Shown: in pieces, positions 9,606-21,703 of the stretch
How the letters are laid out: each line of letters starts with the position of its first letter
Position numbering within the stretch: the first letter of the stretch is position 1
Assembly (NCBI GenBank): GCA_032718475.1
Contig: JAUCBJ010005153.1
Location: 1-38,335 of the forward strand
Origin: Nemertoderma westbladi
Lineage: Eukaryota; Animalia; Xenacoelomorpha
Direction of reading: 5' to 3'
DNA length: 38,335 nucleotides
Translations under genes and position numbers: made by a program
The notes under the pieces: generated by a model
Told to the model about the DNA's origin: nothing
The model's database searches: none
What the model saw: the letters and a program-made list of their open reading frames with translations, nothing else

Positions 9606-9840
9606 ACAGCCCCGTAGCCAGGATTTTAAAAGGGCGGTTCGTTTTTTTCCAAAAAAGGGCACTTTTTTAATTTGTTTTATTATTATTTTATTGTTTTATA
9701 CAAATTATTTAATTTGTGGGGGGGGGGGGGGGGGGGGGATTGGTTGATCTGAAGCCCGATACCAAATGTAGGGGTCGGGGAAATGTAGAAATATGATGAT
9801 GTTTGGCATGACTTGTTGTTGAATTTAGTAATGTTTAAGG

Positions 9841-10032
9841 TCATCGACTGAAGTCACAGAAGTCCGAACGCTTGTAGTAGATAGATTACCTCCGCGATTT
9901 TTTATACCTGGGCGCACACATAGTTTGAAAGGAGCAGATATTAAAGGATTACTTTTGGCCGATCCAATTATTGGTGATGATTTGCGAGATATCGGGATTA
10001 TTATTGGCATTGATTATTATTTTGAATTTGTT
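9841..10032 (+). pseudogene. BEL/Pao aspartic-protease-region remnant (not in ORF track)
   Basis: Frame from 9841 reads ...VVDRLP...KGLLLADPIIGDDLRDIGIIIGIDYYFEFV, matching the LADP...I-x-I-L/I-IG-x-D-YY pattern of BEL/Pao proteases. Confidence 0.65.
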
Positions 10033-11019
10033 GTATTGTGTATTGTGAATTTGAATTGTTGTACTCGCACAACAATTATCTAGTGTTTTATATTGCGTAC
10101 CATCTGTGCTAGGTGATCGAACTATGTGTTTAATTTCCATAGGTGCAAATTATAATGTAGATAATGATAGTGAAACCAAACTAGTTTTTGCGACAATTTT
10201 GCCGCCCTCCCCTGTCCTGCTGCCTCAGTGCTGTTATGGTTTGTAAAATTGAGGAACATTTAATGTAGTTGTTGACAAACGTCAATTATGTGTGTCTGCA
10301 GAGCCGATAGGCGATAAGTATAGTGCAGTGTGAAGTTTTGTAGTGAATGTAAATATGTGGGAAATTATGAAAGTGTCCACTCGCTTTGCTCGCTTTTACT
10401 GGTAGTTTACAGAGAAACTGCATGAATTATAGAATATGCTTGGGAAAATTGCAAAATACAAGAAACTTTTTAAGTTGATTTTCAACTCGAGGTTTAGACT
10501 TTCATTCTGCCATTGTGGTAACGGCATAACAGTTACAGGGTTACAACTGCTCTATAGTTGTTCCAATAAAGTCACAAATCAGCGGTTCGCAGGACATTGG
10601 CGAGGCGCGCAGAAAAACTGTCAGACTGTATTTTACCGAAAAAAATGTATGTACAACCAGATAAAATAATATTTCACATTTCGAACAACATGAAACATTC
10701 TGAAATATTCCTATATTCTAGCACTTCTGCACTTATGCATATCTTATTATTAGTAAATATGTAATAGGTCTACATAGTTATCTTAGGACAGTATTTATAT
10801 TTGTATGTTAATAATACAGCAACATGGGTAGATTGCATAAATTTTAGGGGCGAATTATGGAATGGAAGTGAACTTACCTGATTTATAATACCTTATTAAC
10901 CTTAACAAAATGTAAATTTTTATGTAAAATAATGTTTTAAAATAATGTTTAAATATGGTAGGCCTATAGTAAAAAATAAAATTAAAAAATATTTTTCCAG
11001 GATTTTTTAAAGTTACATA

Positions 11020-11405
11020 CCGTATTTACTCGAATAAACGCCCCCTCGAATAAACGCCCCCTCGAATAAACGCCCACTCGAATAAACGCCCCCTCGAATT
11101 AACGCCCCCCCGAATTAACGCCCCCCTTACCATCAAATTAGCAACTTAAACGCCTTCCCCGAATAAACGCCTCGGCGTTTAATAATATTACAATGTGGGA
11201 CGAGCCACGATTTGTGAGAGAAGCCTCTAGCACATAATTGTCATTAATATATAGGGCCAAATGTTATCTCACTGACATTGTTGAGAGTTAACTGAATGTT
11301 AGAACTGAACGCCTTACCCGAATAAACGCCCCCCTCGAATAAACGCCTCCCCAATTGGCAATTTATAAACTTAAACACCCGAGGCTCTTATTTAAAGAAA
11401 TACGG
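11020..11405. mobile_element. Tc1/mariner-pogo-type MITE with subterminal 16-bp repeats
   Basis: TA|CCGTATTT left end, AAATACGG right end; six tandem cgaataaacgccccct units at 11031-11126 and further copies at ~11160 and 11319-11347. Confidence 0.8.
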
Positions 11406-11464
11406 AATATATAATATATTTTATTTAAAATAAAAATATTATTACGAAACTATGTCGATACGCT

Positions 11465-14400
11465 TATAATACCATATCCATCCAGTAGTGTCCATAGTAG
11501 TACCGTAACCAGTAGTGTCCATATTATAGTACCACATCCAGTAGTGTCCATAGTAGTACCGTAACCAGTAGTGTCCATGTTATAGTACCAAATTTAGTAG
11601 TGTCCATAGTAGTACCGTATCCATTAGTGTCCATATTAATTATAGTACCATGTCCAGTAGTGTCCATAGCAGTACCGTAACCAGTAGTGTCCATAGTAGT
11701 ACCGTAACCAGTAGTGTCCATAGTAGTACCATATCCAGTAGTGTCCGTAGTAGTACCGTAACCACTAGTGTCCATATTTTAGTACCAAATCTAGTAGTGT
11801 CCATAGTAGTACCGTAACCAGTAGTGTCCATATCATAGTACAATATCCAGTAGTTTCCATAGTAGTACTGTAACCAGTAGTGTCCATAGTATAGTATTAA
11901 ATCTAGTAGTGTCCATAGTAGTACCGTAACCAGTAGTGTCCATAGTAGTACCGTAACCAGTAGTGTCCATATTATAGTACCAAATCTCGTAGTGTCCATA
12001 GTAGTACCGTATCCAGTAGTGTCCATATTAATTATAGTACCATGTCCAGTAGTGTCCATAGTAGTACCGTAACCAGTAGTGTCCATATTATAGTACCAAA
12101 TCTCGTAGTGTCCATAGTAGTACCGTATCCAGTAGTGTCCATATTATAGTACCAAATCTCATAATGTCCATAGTAGTATCGTAACCACTAGTGTCCATAT
12201 TATAGTCGGATTGGTCGCACGATGGAGGTTTGTTGCGCGAGTTGTCCCTGGAGCAATGGAGTTCTTCGTTAAACTCGAGGAATCCGTCGTTCAGTTCCTA
12301 CAGGGATTTACAAACCGCCCCAGTATATCGTCCTCGGAACGCGAACTGTTCTCGCTACCGGTGCGCCATGGAGGATTGGCCATCCCAACACCTACAGACC
12401 TAGAACGTGAACACAATAATTCTAGGTGGATTTGTGAACCGTACACCAACCTCGAAACACCGGAAGCCATAAAGAAGTCGCAGCGACAGATCGCAACCAG
12501 AATAAAGGCCAGCGCCGTGGAACAACTCAAAATTAAAGTAGAAACAGCCAGCAGCCATTTACCTGTACATCAACAGAAGTTGAGGGAGTTGGTTGCTGAA
12601 CCCGGGGCCTCGGCCTGGCTAAACGCGCGTCCAATAACCCTCCTCGACACCTATCTCAGTAAGGAGGAGTTTCGTGATGCCTTGTGTCTACGTTATGGGT
12701 GGCAACCCGATTCGCTTCCCGCCCGTTGTGCCTGTGGGACAAGATTTTCAACCAACCATGTCTTGTCCTGTCCCACCGGCGGTTATCCGTCGATTCGGCA
12801 CAACGAACTGCGGGATTTCGTCGCCTCCACCCTAACGGAAGTTGCCCACAACGTCACCATCGAGCCGCACCTGCAGCCAATTACCGGCGAGCAGTTTAAC
12901 CGCGCGTCCACCTCCATTGACCAACAAGCCCGGCTGGATGTCTCAGTTTCCGGTTTCTGGGGGAGTCGATTCCAGAAGACGTTTATTGACGTCTCAGTTT
13001 TCAATCCCCTCGCCCCAACGAACGCAGCTATGGAACTCAACGCCGCCCATCAGTTCCACGAGAACCGGAAACGGAACAAATATCAGGAACGGATCAGGGA
13101 GGTCGAACTCGCGACGTTTACACCCCTCATATTTTCATCGTTGGGGGGTATCTCGCCCACTACAACGCTGTTTGTGAAGCATCTCGCTTCCAAGTTGGCG
13201 GAACGTCGCGAGACGCCATATAGCGAATGTGTGAACTGGGTGCGACGGCAACTCAGTTTCGCCTTGCTGAGGGCCTCGCTCATGTGCGTCCGCGGCTCTA
13301 GGTCTGCCCGTAAACGCCCAGCAGGCACATATCAGGACATCGCCCAAGCCTCCATCCGGTTGGCAAATGCTGATACAAGAATAAACTAATTTTGAAATTC
13401 CCGCTAAGCCAAGCAACATTGTACAGTAGCCTGGTGGTGGGTGAGGTTTTTCTTATTTTTTATAACTTTTATGTGTCTTTTTATATATTTTTCAAGTTTG
13501 TCAATAAAAATAAAAAAAGCACTAAGCAGCCAAAAAAAAAAAAAAAAAAAAATAGTACCAAATCCATCTAGTAGTGTCCATAGTAGTACCGTAACCTGAG
13601 TGTCAGTATTATAGTACAAAATCTCATAGTGTCCATAGTAGTACCGTAACCACTAGTGTCCATATTATAGTACCAAATCTAGTAGTGTCCATAGTAGTAC
13701 CGTAACCAGTAGTGTCCATATTATAGTACCAAATCTAGTAGTGTTCATAGTAGTACCATAACCAGTAGTGTCCATATTATAGAAACAAATCCATCTAGTA
13801 GTGTCCATAGTTGTACCGTAACCAGTAGTGTCCATAGTAGTACCGTAACCACTAGTGTCCATATTATAGTACCAATTCTAGTAGTGTCCATAGTAGTACC
13901 GTAACCACTAGTGTCCATATTATAGTACCAAATCTAGTAGTGTCCATAGTAGTACCGTAACCAGTAGTGTCAGTATTATAGTACCAAATCTCGTAGTGTC
14001 CATAGTAGTACCGTATCCAGTAGTGTCAGTATTATAATACCTAATCTCGTAGTGTCCATAGTAGTACCATAACCAGTAGTGTCAGTATTATAGTACCAAA
14101 TCTCGTAGTGTCCATAGTAGTACCGTAACCACTAGTGTCCATATTATAGTACCAAATCTAGTAGTGTCCATAGTAGTACCGTAACCAGTAGTGTCCATAT
14201 TATAGTACCAAATCTAGTAGTGTCCATAGTAGTACCGTAACCAGTAGTGTCCATATTATAGTACAAATCCATCTAGTAGTGTCCATAGTAGTACCGTAAT
14301 CAGTAGTGTCAGTATTATAGTACCAAATCTCGTAGTGTCCATAGTAGTACCAAATCTAGTAGTGTCCATAGTAGTACCGTAACCAGTAGTGTCCATAGTA

Positions 14401-14695
14401 GTACCGTAATCAGTAGTGTCCATATCATAGTACCATATCCAGTAGTGTCCATAGTAGTACTGTAACCCATATTATAGTACCAAATCTAGTAGTGTCCATA
14501 GTAGTACCGTAACCAGTAGTGTCCATATTATAGTACCATATCCATCTAGCAGTGTCCATAATATAGTACCAAATCTAGTAGTGTCCATAGTATTACCGTA
14601 ACCACTAGTGTCCATATTATAGTACCAAATCTAGTAGAGTCCATAGTAGTACCGTAACCAGTAGTGTCCATATTATAGTACCAAATCTAGTAGTG
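11465..14695. repeat. Satellite of 27/28-bp units (often 55-bp dimers), interrupted by a retrotransposon at 12207-13552
   Basis: Units ccagtagtgtccatagtagtaccgtaa and tagtagtgtccatattatagtaccaaatc repeat for ~1.9 kb in total. Confidence 0.98.
12207..13552 (+). mobile_element. 5'-truncated CRE-type non-LTR retrotransposon (zinc knuckle + restriction-like endonuclease), poly(A) tail
   Basis: Open frame 12211-13389: LPVRHGGLAIP, ASAWL, FRDALCLRYG, CACG..HVLSC, RHNELRD, ARLDV..FIDVSV..KRNKY, FTPLIFSSLGG. A-run 13532-13552; TSD atagt at 12202-12206 and 13552-13556. Confidence 0.88.
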
Positions 14696-17176
14696 GGGGA
14701 ATTCGAACAATAAAACAACATTGTAGTTTTATACGCCCGTTTGATATTTAATTAAAACTAATAATAACTCGTTCGACGTTACTCCAATCAAGAAACGCGG
14801 TCCGTGGCTTGTCGACACCCCTATGGGAATGGATCTGAACGGGGAAGTGGAGGGGCTGGGCACAAGGTTGGCGGCGGTCTCCATAGGTATCCCGGACACG
14901 GGGGATTCAAACGTGGCGAGAAGGTTATTCCGGAATGCGAGTGTTGAACCCCAACCCCCGGGGTACGTAGGAAGTACGAGTATACCCATCGAACAGCCCA
15001 CCCGGGATGGGGAGGACGTCCTAACCGGATTCGGGTCTGCTACACCAAAGAGAACTGGCACCCCAACTAGATACGTTAAGAGAGTCAAGTTTATGGAGCC
15101 GATGGGACGACGAATACCGGGACATGAGAAAGAAAACTCGAGGATCGAGGTCGCTCCGTTGATCTACAAACCAATGACGGTACCCGCCAGATGGAGGTAC
15201 GTTGCTCCAGTGAGTGAGGACCCCGCCACTGAGGCGGTGATAGGCGAGTTACACAGGTCCATCGAACGCGAGGTTCGGAGTTTAAGGACCACGAAGAGAG
15301 CTACGAGGAACCTCTCAGAGGAGCAGAGTAAAATCTTACGGGAAATAAAGAAGAAGAAAGCAATCGCGATTGTACGAGGTGATAAAATCGGAAATGTAAT
15401 AATCGTAGATGAGCGAATTAAACATAAGGAAATCGGTAGGATACTGGCCGAAAAAGAAACATATCAGGAACTCCCATGGGACCCCACCAGCAAGTACATA
15501 GCAGATTTAAAGAAAACTATTCGGGATATGGATCTGGCAGATGGACCGTTGAACTTACGTTGACTTTCTAGTCATGAAACGGCCAACGATGGGGAATGTA
15601 TACCCGTTGTTTAAAGACCACAAGGACATCGACCAGTGGATTGTTTGGGAGAAAGAGGACAATGACGAGGATGGGTTCGACACCGTCGCACCTAAAGCAA
15701 GGCTGATCGCATCCACAGCGGGGACATCGGTTGAGCGCCCAGCGAAACTGTTGAACTCGTGGATACAACCGCTGCTCGGTAGGATGCCCCACTGTGCCAG
15801 GGATTCATATTCCATAAAGGAATCCATCCCGAGTGACACTTACCCAGAGTTGACGGTCATGTCCCTCGATGTTATCGACATGTACCCGTCGATCACGTTT
15901 GACATAGCCGTGGAAGCCGTTACGGCGGCAGTTAAAGAGAACCCCGACTTAGTAGAACGAACAGGGATTGACGTACAACAGATTATTTTACTATTAAAGT
16001 ATGTAATCACTCACACATATTTTGAGTTTAATAAGGTTGTTTACGTATTGATAAAGGGGCTCGGGATGGGTGTCCCAGCGGGTAAGGCGATTGCCGTACT
16101 AGCAGTCCATCGTATACACACACACACGTCAGTTTAATATCACTGTATGGTGCAATATTTTTTCAAACATTCGTGGACGACGGTCTGTCCATTTTTGATC
16201 ATACTGTGCCGGACTTAGTAGAATATAGTATTAGGGAGGATTACAACACTGCCTGTGCGTCTGTTTATGGGGTAAATAGTGTTAAATTCATGTTTGAATT
16301 TTCCAGTACCGGTACAGTATTTTTGGATATGGAACTGTATAGGAACAGTGAAGGGAAGATCGGCACAAAAGTGCACTTTAAACCGTTGTCAAGGAAACTA
16401 CCGATCCCGTTTCATAGCAACCACGATACACAGTTGTTGAAATCGGTGGCCAGAGGCCAACTGTTGAGATTCTGGCGGCTTACAGGGGGTGGATTTAATT
16501 ATGAGTGTGCGCGAGATAGGTACCTTACCGACCTATGGGTTTCCGGATATCCGGTAGAGTTCCTTGAACGTATACAGGGTGCATGTTGGGAAAGTAAATC
16601 GAGGGTACTGGTAAGCTGGAAGGATGATGATGTGACATGATGTTATTTAGCGATAGACGGGAGGTTTAACCCTATTAGTACCGGGCTATAAAATGTTGTA
16701 CAAATACCTGTAAAATCTACAAATATTTACGAAAACGTCTGATTTTTTGTTTGTACGTAGGTATCACTTGTCTGGATCCGACCGAAAAAAAATTTTCGAA
16801 AAAATGTACAGGGGTGGTTATAGTGCAGCACCAAAATTACAAGTAGTGCACAATTTTCACCAAATTTGAAAGTTACATTTTCGGCTAATTATTTTTCAAT
16901 ACAGGTTTTCTGGGGTGCAAAATACATTGGAAAATATTAAAAAATTATATGATTACTATAAATGGCTGTTTAGTCCTCTCTGCGTAGGAAAAAAATGAAA
17001 AAAACAAGTAACCAGCACTTTTCAGTTAGAACACAAAATTTTTAATTCACTTATACGATGCTATAAATTAACATTTTCAGGTTTTTGAAGGCGCTGATTC
17101 TAATGGAATACATTTCTAATATGCCAGATCATTGCTACTTGTTTTTCGGCGTAATTTGGCAAATTTTGGTGCTAGC

Positions 17177-18836
17177 TATGCTAACTGTAAATGAGGTATC
17201 TGGTCGGAAAAGTTCTGCAAAGGGGCGCCTCAAAGCCGATAGTCCTGAAGAACGTGTTGGGAAGTGGAAAAATCTCGAGGTCAGCCCTACAAGGAAAATA
17301 TATGACAAGACACTACCTATAGAAACAGGGGACTTCACACCTGCCGAACTCCAAAGAAGCATTAAAAGCATGTCCAATAATAAAGCGAGTGGATTAGATG
17401 AAATCCCAGCGGAGGTATGGAAAACCGGAGTGCTAAATAGACCATTATTGAATGTTTGCAACCGGATGTTAAAAGGGGAAAAGCCACCACCAATTTGGAC
17501 TAAAGGTCAACTAAAGCCTCTCCCCAAGAAAGGAGACCTCGGCATACCAACAAACTATCGTGGGATCTGTCTGCTTGTGGTAGCTGCCAAAATATACAAT
17601 AAAATGATTCTATATAGGATTAGGCCTCACATAGAGAAACTACTGCGTAAGAGCCAAAACGGATTTCGACCAAGTAGATCAACAATAGCTCAGATACTTG
17701 CACTACGGAGACTGATTGAAGGAATTAAGTCAAAGAATCTCCCCGCAGTCATGACTTTTGTGGACTTCAAGAAGGCATTCGACTCCATCCATAGAGGTAA
17801 AATGCTTGAAATCCTAAGAGCTTATGGAATACCAGAAGTAATTGTTGCTGGCATTGGATTGTTATATTGTGACACAGAAGCGCAGGTACTCTCACCAGAC
17901 GGTGAAACTGAGTTTTTCTCAATCCTGGCTGGCGTACTGCAAGGTGACACATTATCACCATTACTATTTGTAATTGTGCTGGATTACGCAATGAGGACGG
18001 CCACAAAGGGTGAAGATCTGGGATTCACACTTCAAGAACGCAGAAGTAGTAGATATCCGGCAACTACAGTCACAGACACCGACTTTGCGGATGACATCGC
18101 CCTGCTCTCTAATACGCTAGCAGATGCACAGCTTCTACTAAATAAAGTGGAGAGGGCTGCTAAGGAGGTTGGATTGCATATAAATGCTACCAAGACCGAA
18201 TTCATGACCTTTAATGTTGATGGAAACTTGACAACCATTGATAATAATCAACTAAGGAAGGTCGATGACTTCCAGTACCTTGGATCATGGATAGAGAGTA
18301 GCAAAAAGGTCATAGAAGTTAGGAAAGCAAAGGCTTGGGTAGCTCTATCAAAAATGGATACCATCTGGAAATCAGATCTCTCCAGGCACCTGAAGACTAA
18401 GTTCTTTTGAGCCACAGTGGAAAGTGTATTTTTATACGGGGGTGAGACCTGGACGCTGACTAAATCACTTGAACAACGAATTGATGGTTGCTACACAAGA
18501 CTACTAAGGGCAGCCCTAAACATCAGCAGGAGACAACACATGACAAACGCCGAGCTTTATGGTACAATACCACCTGTATCAACCACCCTCCGTGAAGGCA
18601 GATTAAGATTCAGTGGGCACTGCTGGCGAAGTAAAGACGAGGTCATACCAGATCTACTTCTCTGGCAACCAACTCATGGAAAGCGTAGTCGTGGACGACC
18701 TGCCATAACATATATAGATCAACTTGAAAGGGATACTGAACTTGGGAGAAACGAAATTGCGACAACTATGGAGAATCGGGAAGCCTGGAAGGATCTCATT
18801 TCCACTGTCCGAGTTCGCTCGACCTAGTAGTAGTAG
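17177..18836 (+). mobile_element. 5'-truncated RTE-type LINE (second family) with (TAG)4 tail and 11-bp TSD
   Basis: KASGLDEIPAE, LPKKGD, NYRGI, QNGFR, FVDFKKAFDS, GVLQGDTLSP, DFADD, YLGSW, RLRFSGHC; one in-frame TGA at 18408-18410; TSD ttggtgctagc at 17166-17176 and 18837-18847. Confidence 0.95.
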
Positions 18837-19620
18837 TTGGTGCTAGCACCAAATTTCATACCCATCACCAAAAAGTACAAGTTTGCGATGTCCAGTGCTG
18901 TTTTTATTGATTCCATCGGATTCAGGACCCTCATAAACCCGTATAACGCAAGAAACAAGGTGATACTATCTACTTATCAATTTGCATATTTTCCAAAATT
19001 TGGTGCTCGCACAACAATTTTCACCCACCGGCGGCAAATACAACTTTGAGAACTCTTATTAAATTTTTACTGATTCCATTGAATTCAGAACCATCACAAA
19101 CCCGTATAACGCAAGAAACAAGGTGACACAATCAATTGATATATTTGATGGATTTCAAAATTTGGTGCTAGCACCACATTTTGCACCCACATCCGAAAAA
19201 TACAAGTTTGAGATGTCTAGTTCGATAATTATATTTTCAATTGAATTCAGAACAGCCATAAACCTCTAAAACGCAAGAAATAAATTGTCACAAGCAATTT
19301 TATCTATTGAATGGATTTTCAAAATTTCGTGCTAGCACCAAAATTTGCACACAGCACCGAAAAATACAAGTTTGATACGATTGGTGCAACTCGTATATAT
19401 TTCATCGAATCTAGAAACCCAACAAACCCCAATTGCGTAAAAAACAAGTTTCAAACGATCAATTTACAAAATTGACTTATTTCAAAATTTGGTGCCGGCA
19501 CCAAAATTTGGCACCCACCGAAAAAAACAAGTTTGAAATTTCTAAATCAATTTATATGAATTCCATCAAATTTCTAACACCAAAAAACCAATGTAAATCA
19601 AAAATAGAGATGTTGCAATT
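18837..19620. repeat. ~163-bp internal tandem repeats (x5) of the TTAA element, each with a tggtgctagcacca-type palindrome
   Basis: Palindrome starts at ~18838, 19001, 19163, 19327, 19490; shared tacaagttt and aacgcaagaaa motifs. Confidence 0.88.
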
Positions 19621-19878
19621 CATATTTAATGAAATGTAATTTTCAAAAAACGTCTCAAAAAAAAGTGCCAAAAGTAGGGTTAAAAAATGGTGCTATAACT
19701 CGAAAAGTACCCAATATTTTTGAAAACAGTTTTCACTACTAGGAAGACAATAGATTTTTAGGAAAAGTCGTAAAATTTCAGATTCCCAACTGCGTTTGTT
19801 TCAGAATTATAATAAAAAAACCACGGGGGGGGGGGGGGGTCATATAAGTTTAATAGGGTTAAGTCCTGCACTAAGAAG

Positions 19879-20415
19879 GTGCTTAGCAGGAACAAGGCAG
19901 AGTTAGGCAGGAACCAACTCCAAGTAGCGGTAACCAGTAAAGGAGGGTTGAACATAGGTCACTCGCTGGTGGTAAAGCGTGAGCGCCTTGAAGAGAGGGG
20001 AAACCGATCCTGTAACCGTAAATGTCTCACGTGTCCGCACATGTACGACCTACAGGTTCTACCATGGGGGGAACGGGTCAGGGGCTCGTTTAACTGTAGG
20101 TCAGCCAACATACTGTACATAATCACCTGTAAGGACCACCCACGGGGCTTTTACATAGGACAGACAGAACAGGAACTGCGGGAGAGAATGAACAAGCACA
20201 GATCGATTATCAACGCGTATAGGAAACACCCCCCAATTGACTACACTGAGTTGTCCGAGTATTTACTGTGTGAGCACTTTCGCTGGTGCCCGTGGGGCAG
20301 CTTTCAGATCTCAACGTTCAGCCAGTTCAGATCAAACAAGACTAGGATCCACGCGGAAGCCAACTGCATTTTCCAGTTTAGACCCCCGTGGAACAAGGGC
20401 AGACCGGCTGTCTGA
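19879..20415 (+). pseudogene. GIY-YIG endonuclease domain of PLE 1 with Cys-rich linker
   Basis: CNRKCLTCPH, FNCRSANILYIITC..FYIGQT..LRERMNKH, EHF, E..I..F.P.WN. Confidence 0.9.
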
Positions 20416-21526
20416 TGGAAGTAAGGTCCAGATATGCCGCACGGCCTACATACAGTACGTGATTACATATAATATGTTTGTGGATATTTTGTGTTCGCGC
20501 TTTCAGACCTTTAGCAGTTTAACCTGCCAAATTTAGGTGTCTTCTAGGTTATAAATCGACTTTAGCCTATGACGAGTATTTGATACACTACATTAGCCGA
20601 AGCCAGTCTATGCGCGACCATTCACCCGCTGGATATACCCGGGAGACTGGATTCGGAAGCTCTGACCTTATTGCGGTGTAGGCCTACTGTATTATTCGAC
20701 TGATCGTTAATATATAATCTCTGACAAATATTTTATTCACTTTCGGGAAATATCAACAGTTCCTTTAGGACGTGGCGCTCTAAGTATGTAAACAGAGTTA
20801 TGACTTACACTAATCACAACAGGATGGCTATTGATTCACGTATAAAGCGCATTCTTTAGGAGATGCTTTGTTATCTATCACAATCATGCACACTACCGCA
20901 CAATGCTGCACACTGATCTGCCGACCTTCACTAATTTTAGTCACATATAAAGAGAACAGCAACCGACACATGTAGTGCCTATGAAATAGCATTAGATTCA
21001 CTCCAAAACCAATATAATGTAAGTCGCAATTGCTATATGTAACCTGTCTCTTACCTTCAGTATATCAAGAAGATTGGGGTTTTATAATTATTTATCGATA
21101 TTATCCAAATATAATAATATTCCATCAACTGATATAATTAATAACCGACAGTAAATAGCAGTAAAATAATGCGGTGTTTGTAGGTGACAATATGATTTGA
21201 TTTGAGTCTGATGTTGCGTGTTGTGGTTTGGTTTGATAACAGTTATACATTTCTATGATCAAAGCCTACTAATGTTTGGCTAAAGCCTGAAACATAGAAT
21301 CATTCCAAAGCCGGTGTTCTGGCATCAGGAAAAAAGGTATAAACCGTAATGCATTGCACGATTTCCCGGAGGTTTCTGTACAAATAACATGAGAATCGCT
21401 CTGATTGGTTGAGCGAACAAAGAAACAAAGGAAAAGTTACACGTGTACATATCAGCTGTGAGATGTCGTCATGGTAACTACACTGTATCAAGAGGATTTT
21501 GGCTTATTGCGACATAAAATCGCTAG

Positions 21527-21630
21527 TTATGTCCGCTAAAGTACACATACAGAAGAAATGGCTTTTTATGTCCACTAAAACACCGGTACAGTAAGGAAAC
21601 GGCTTTTTATGTCCGTTAAAATGCCTACAG
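21527..21630. repeat. ~40-bp tandem repeat x ~2.7
   Basis: ttatgtccgctaaa-like motif at 21527, 21566, 21607; the last two are preceded by ggcttt. Confidence 0.8.
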
Positions 21631-21703
21631 AGTACTTTGCGGGAAAATAACCAGCTAATTCCGCAAAAGCCTTTACACCGCTCCCAGAAAATGGGATTTA
21701 ATT

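Larger units (their letters stand above)
16670..19858. mobile_element. piggyBac-type (TTAA-specific) non-autonomous DNA element
   Basis: TTAA(16666-16669)|CCCTATTA...TAATAGGG|TTAA(19859-19862). Removing it rejoins the PLE frame as CYLAIDGRF-K-SCTKKVLSRNK. Confidence 0.9.
14696..20600 (+). mobile_element. Penelope-like element 1 (RT + GIY-YIG), decayed and interrupted by a TTAA element
   Basis: GDKIG, PTSKY, SLDVIDMYPSI, GLGMG, FVDD (16170), FLDMEL, KVHFKP, SNH across 14823-16640; endonuclease at 19879-20415. Outer boundaries approximate. Confidence 0.9.

Noticed and set aside
9606-9740. Harbinger-like terminus (cagccccgtagccaggatttt) and poly-G
   Set aside because: No matching opposite end found.
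11524-13862. MDTTGYGTT-repeat ORFs as a repetitive protein gene
   Set aside because: 28- and 32-bp units shift the frame repeatedly; these are by-products of the satellite.
11465-14695. CRISPR array
   Set aside because: No unique spacers and no cas genes; eukaryotic satellite.
17085-17176. Hydrophobic signal-like N-terminus of the 441-aa RT ORF
   Set aside because: Lies outside the TSD; chance read-in from the host element.
20405-20610. Hammerhead in the 3' region of PLE 1 (ctgatgga at 20412; atgacga-gtat/atac at 20569)
   Set aside because: Core mismatches and no GAAA after the stem; at best decayed.
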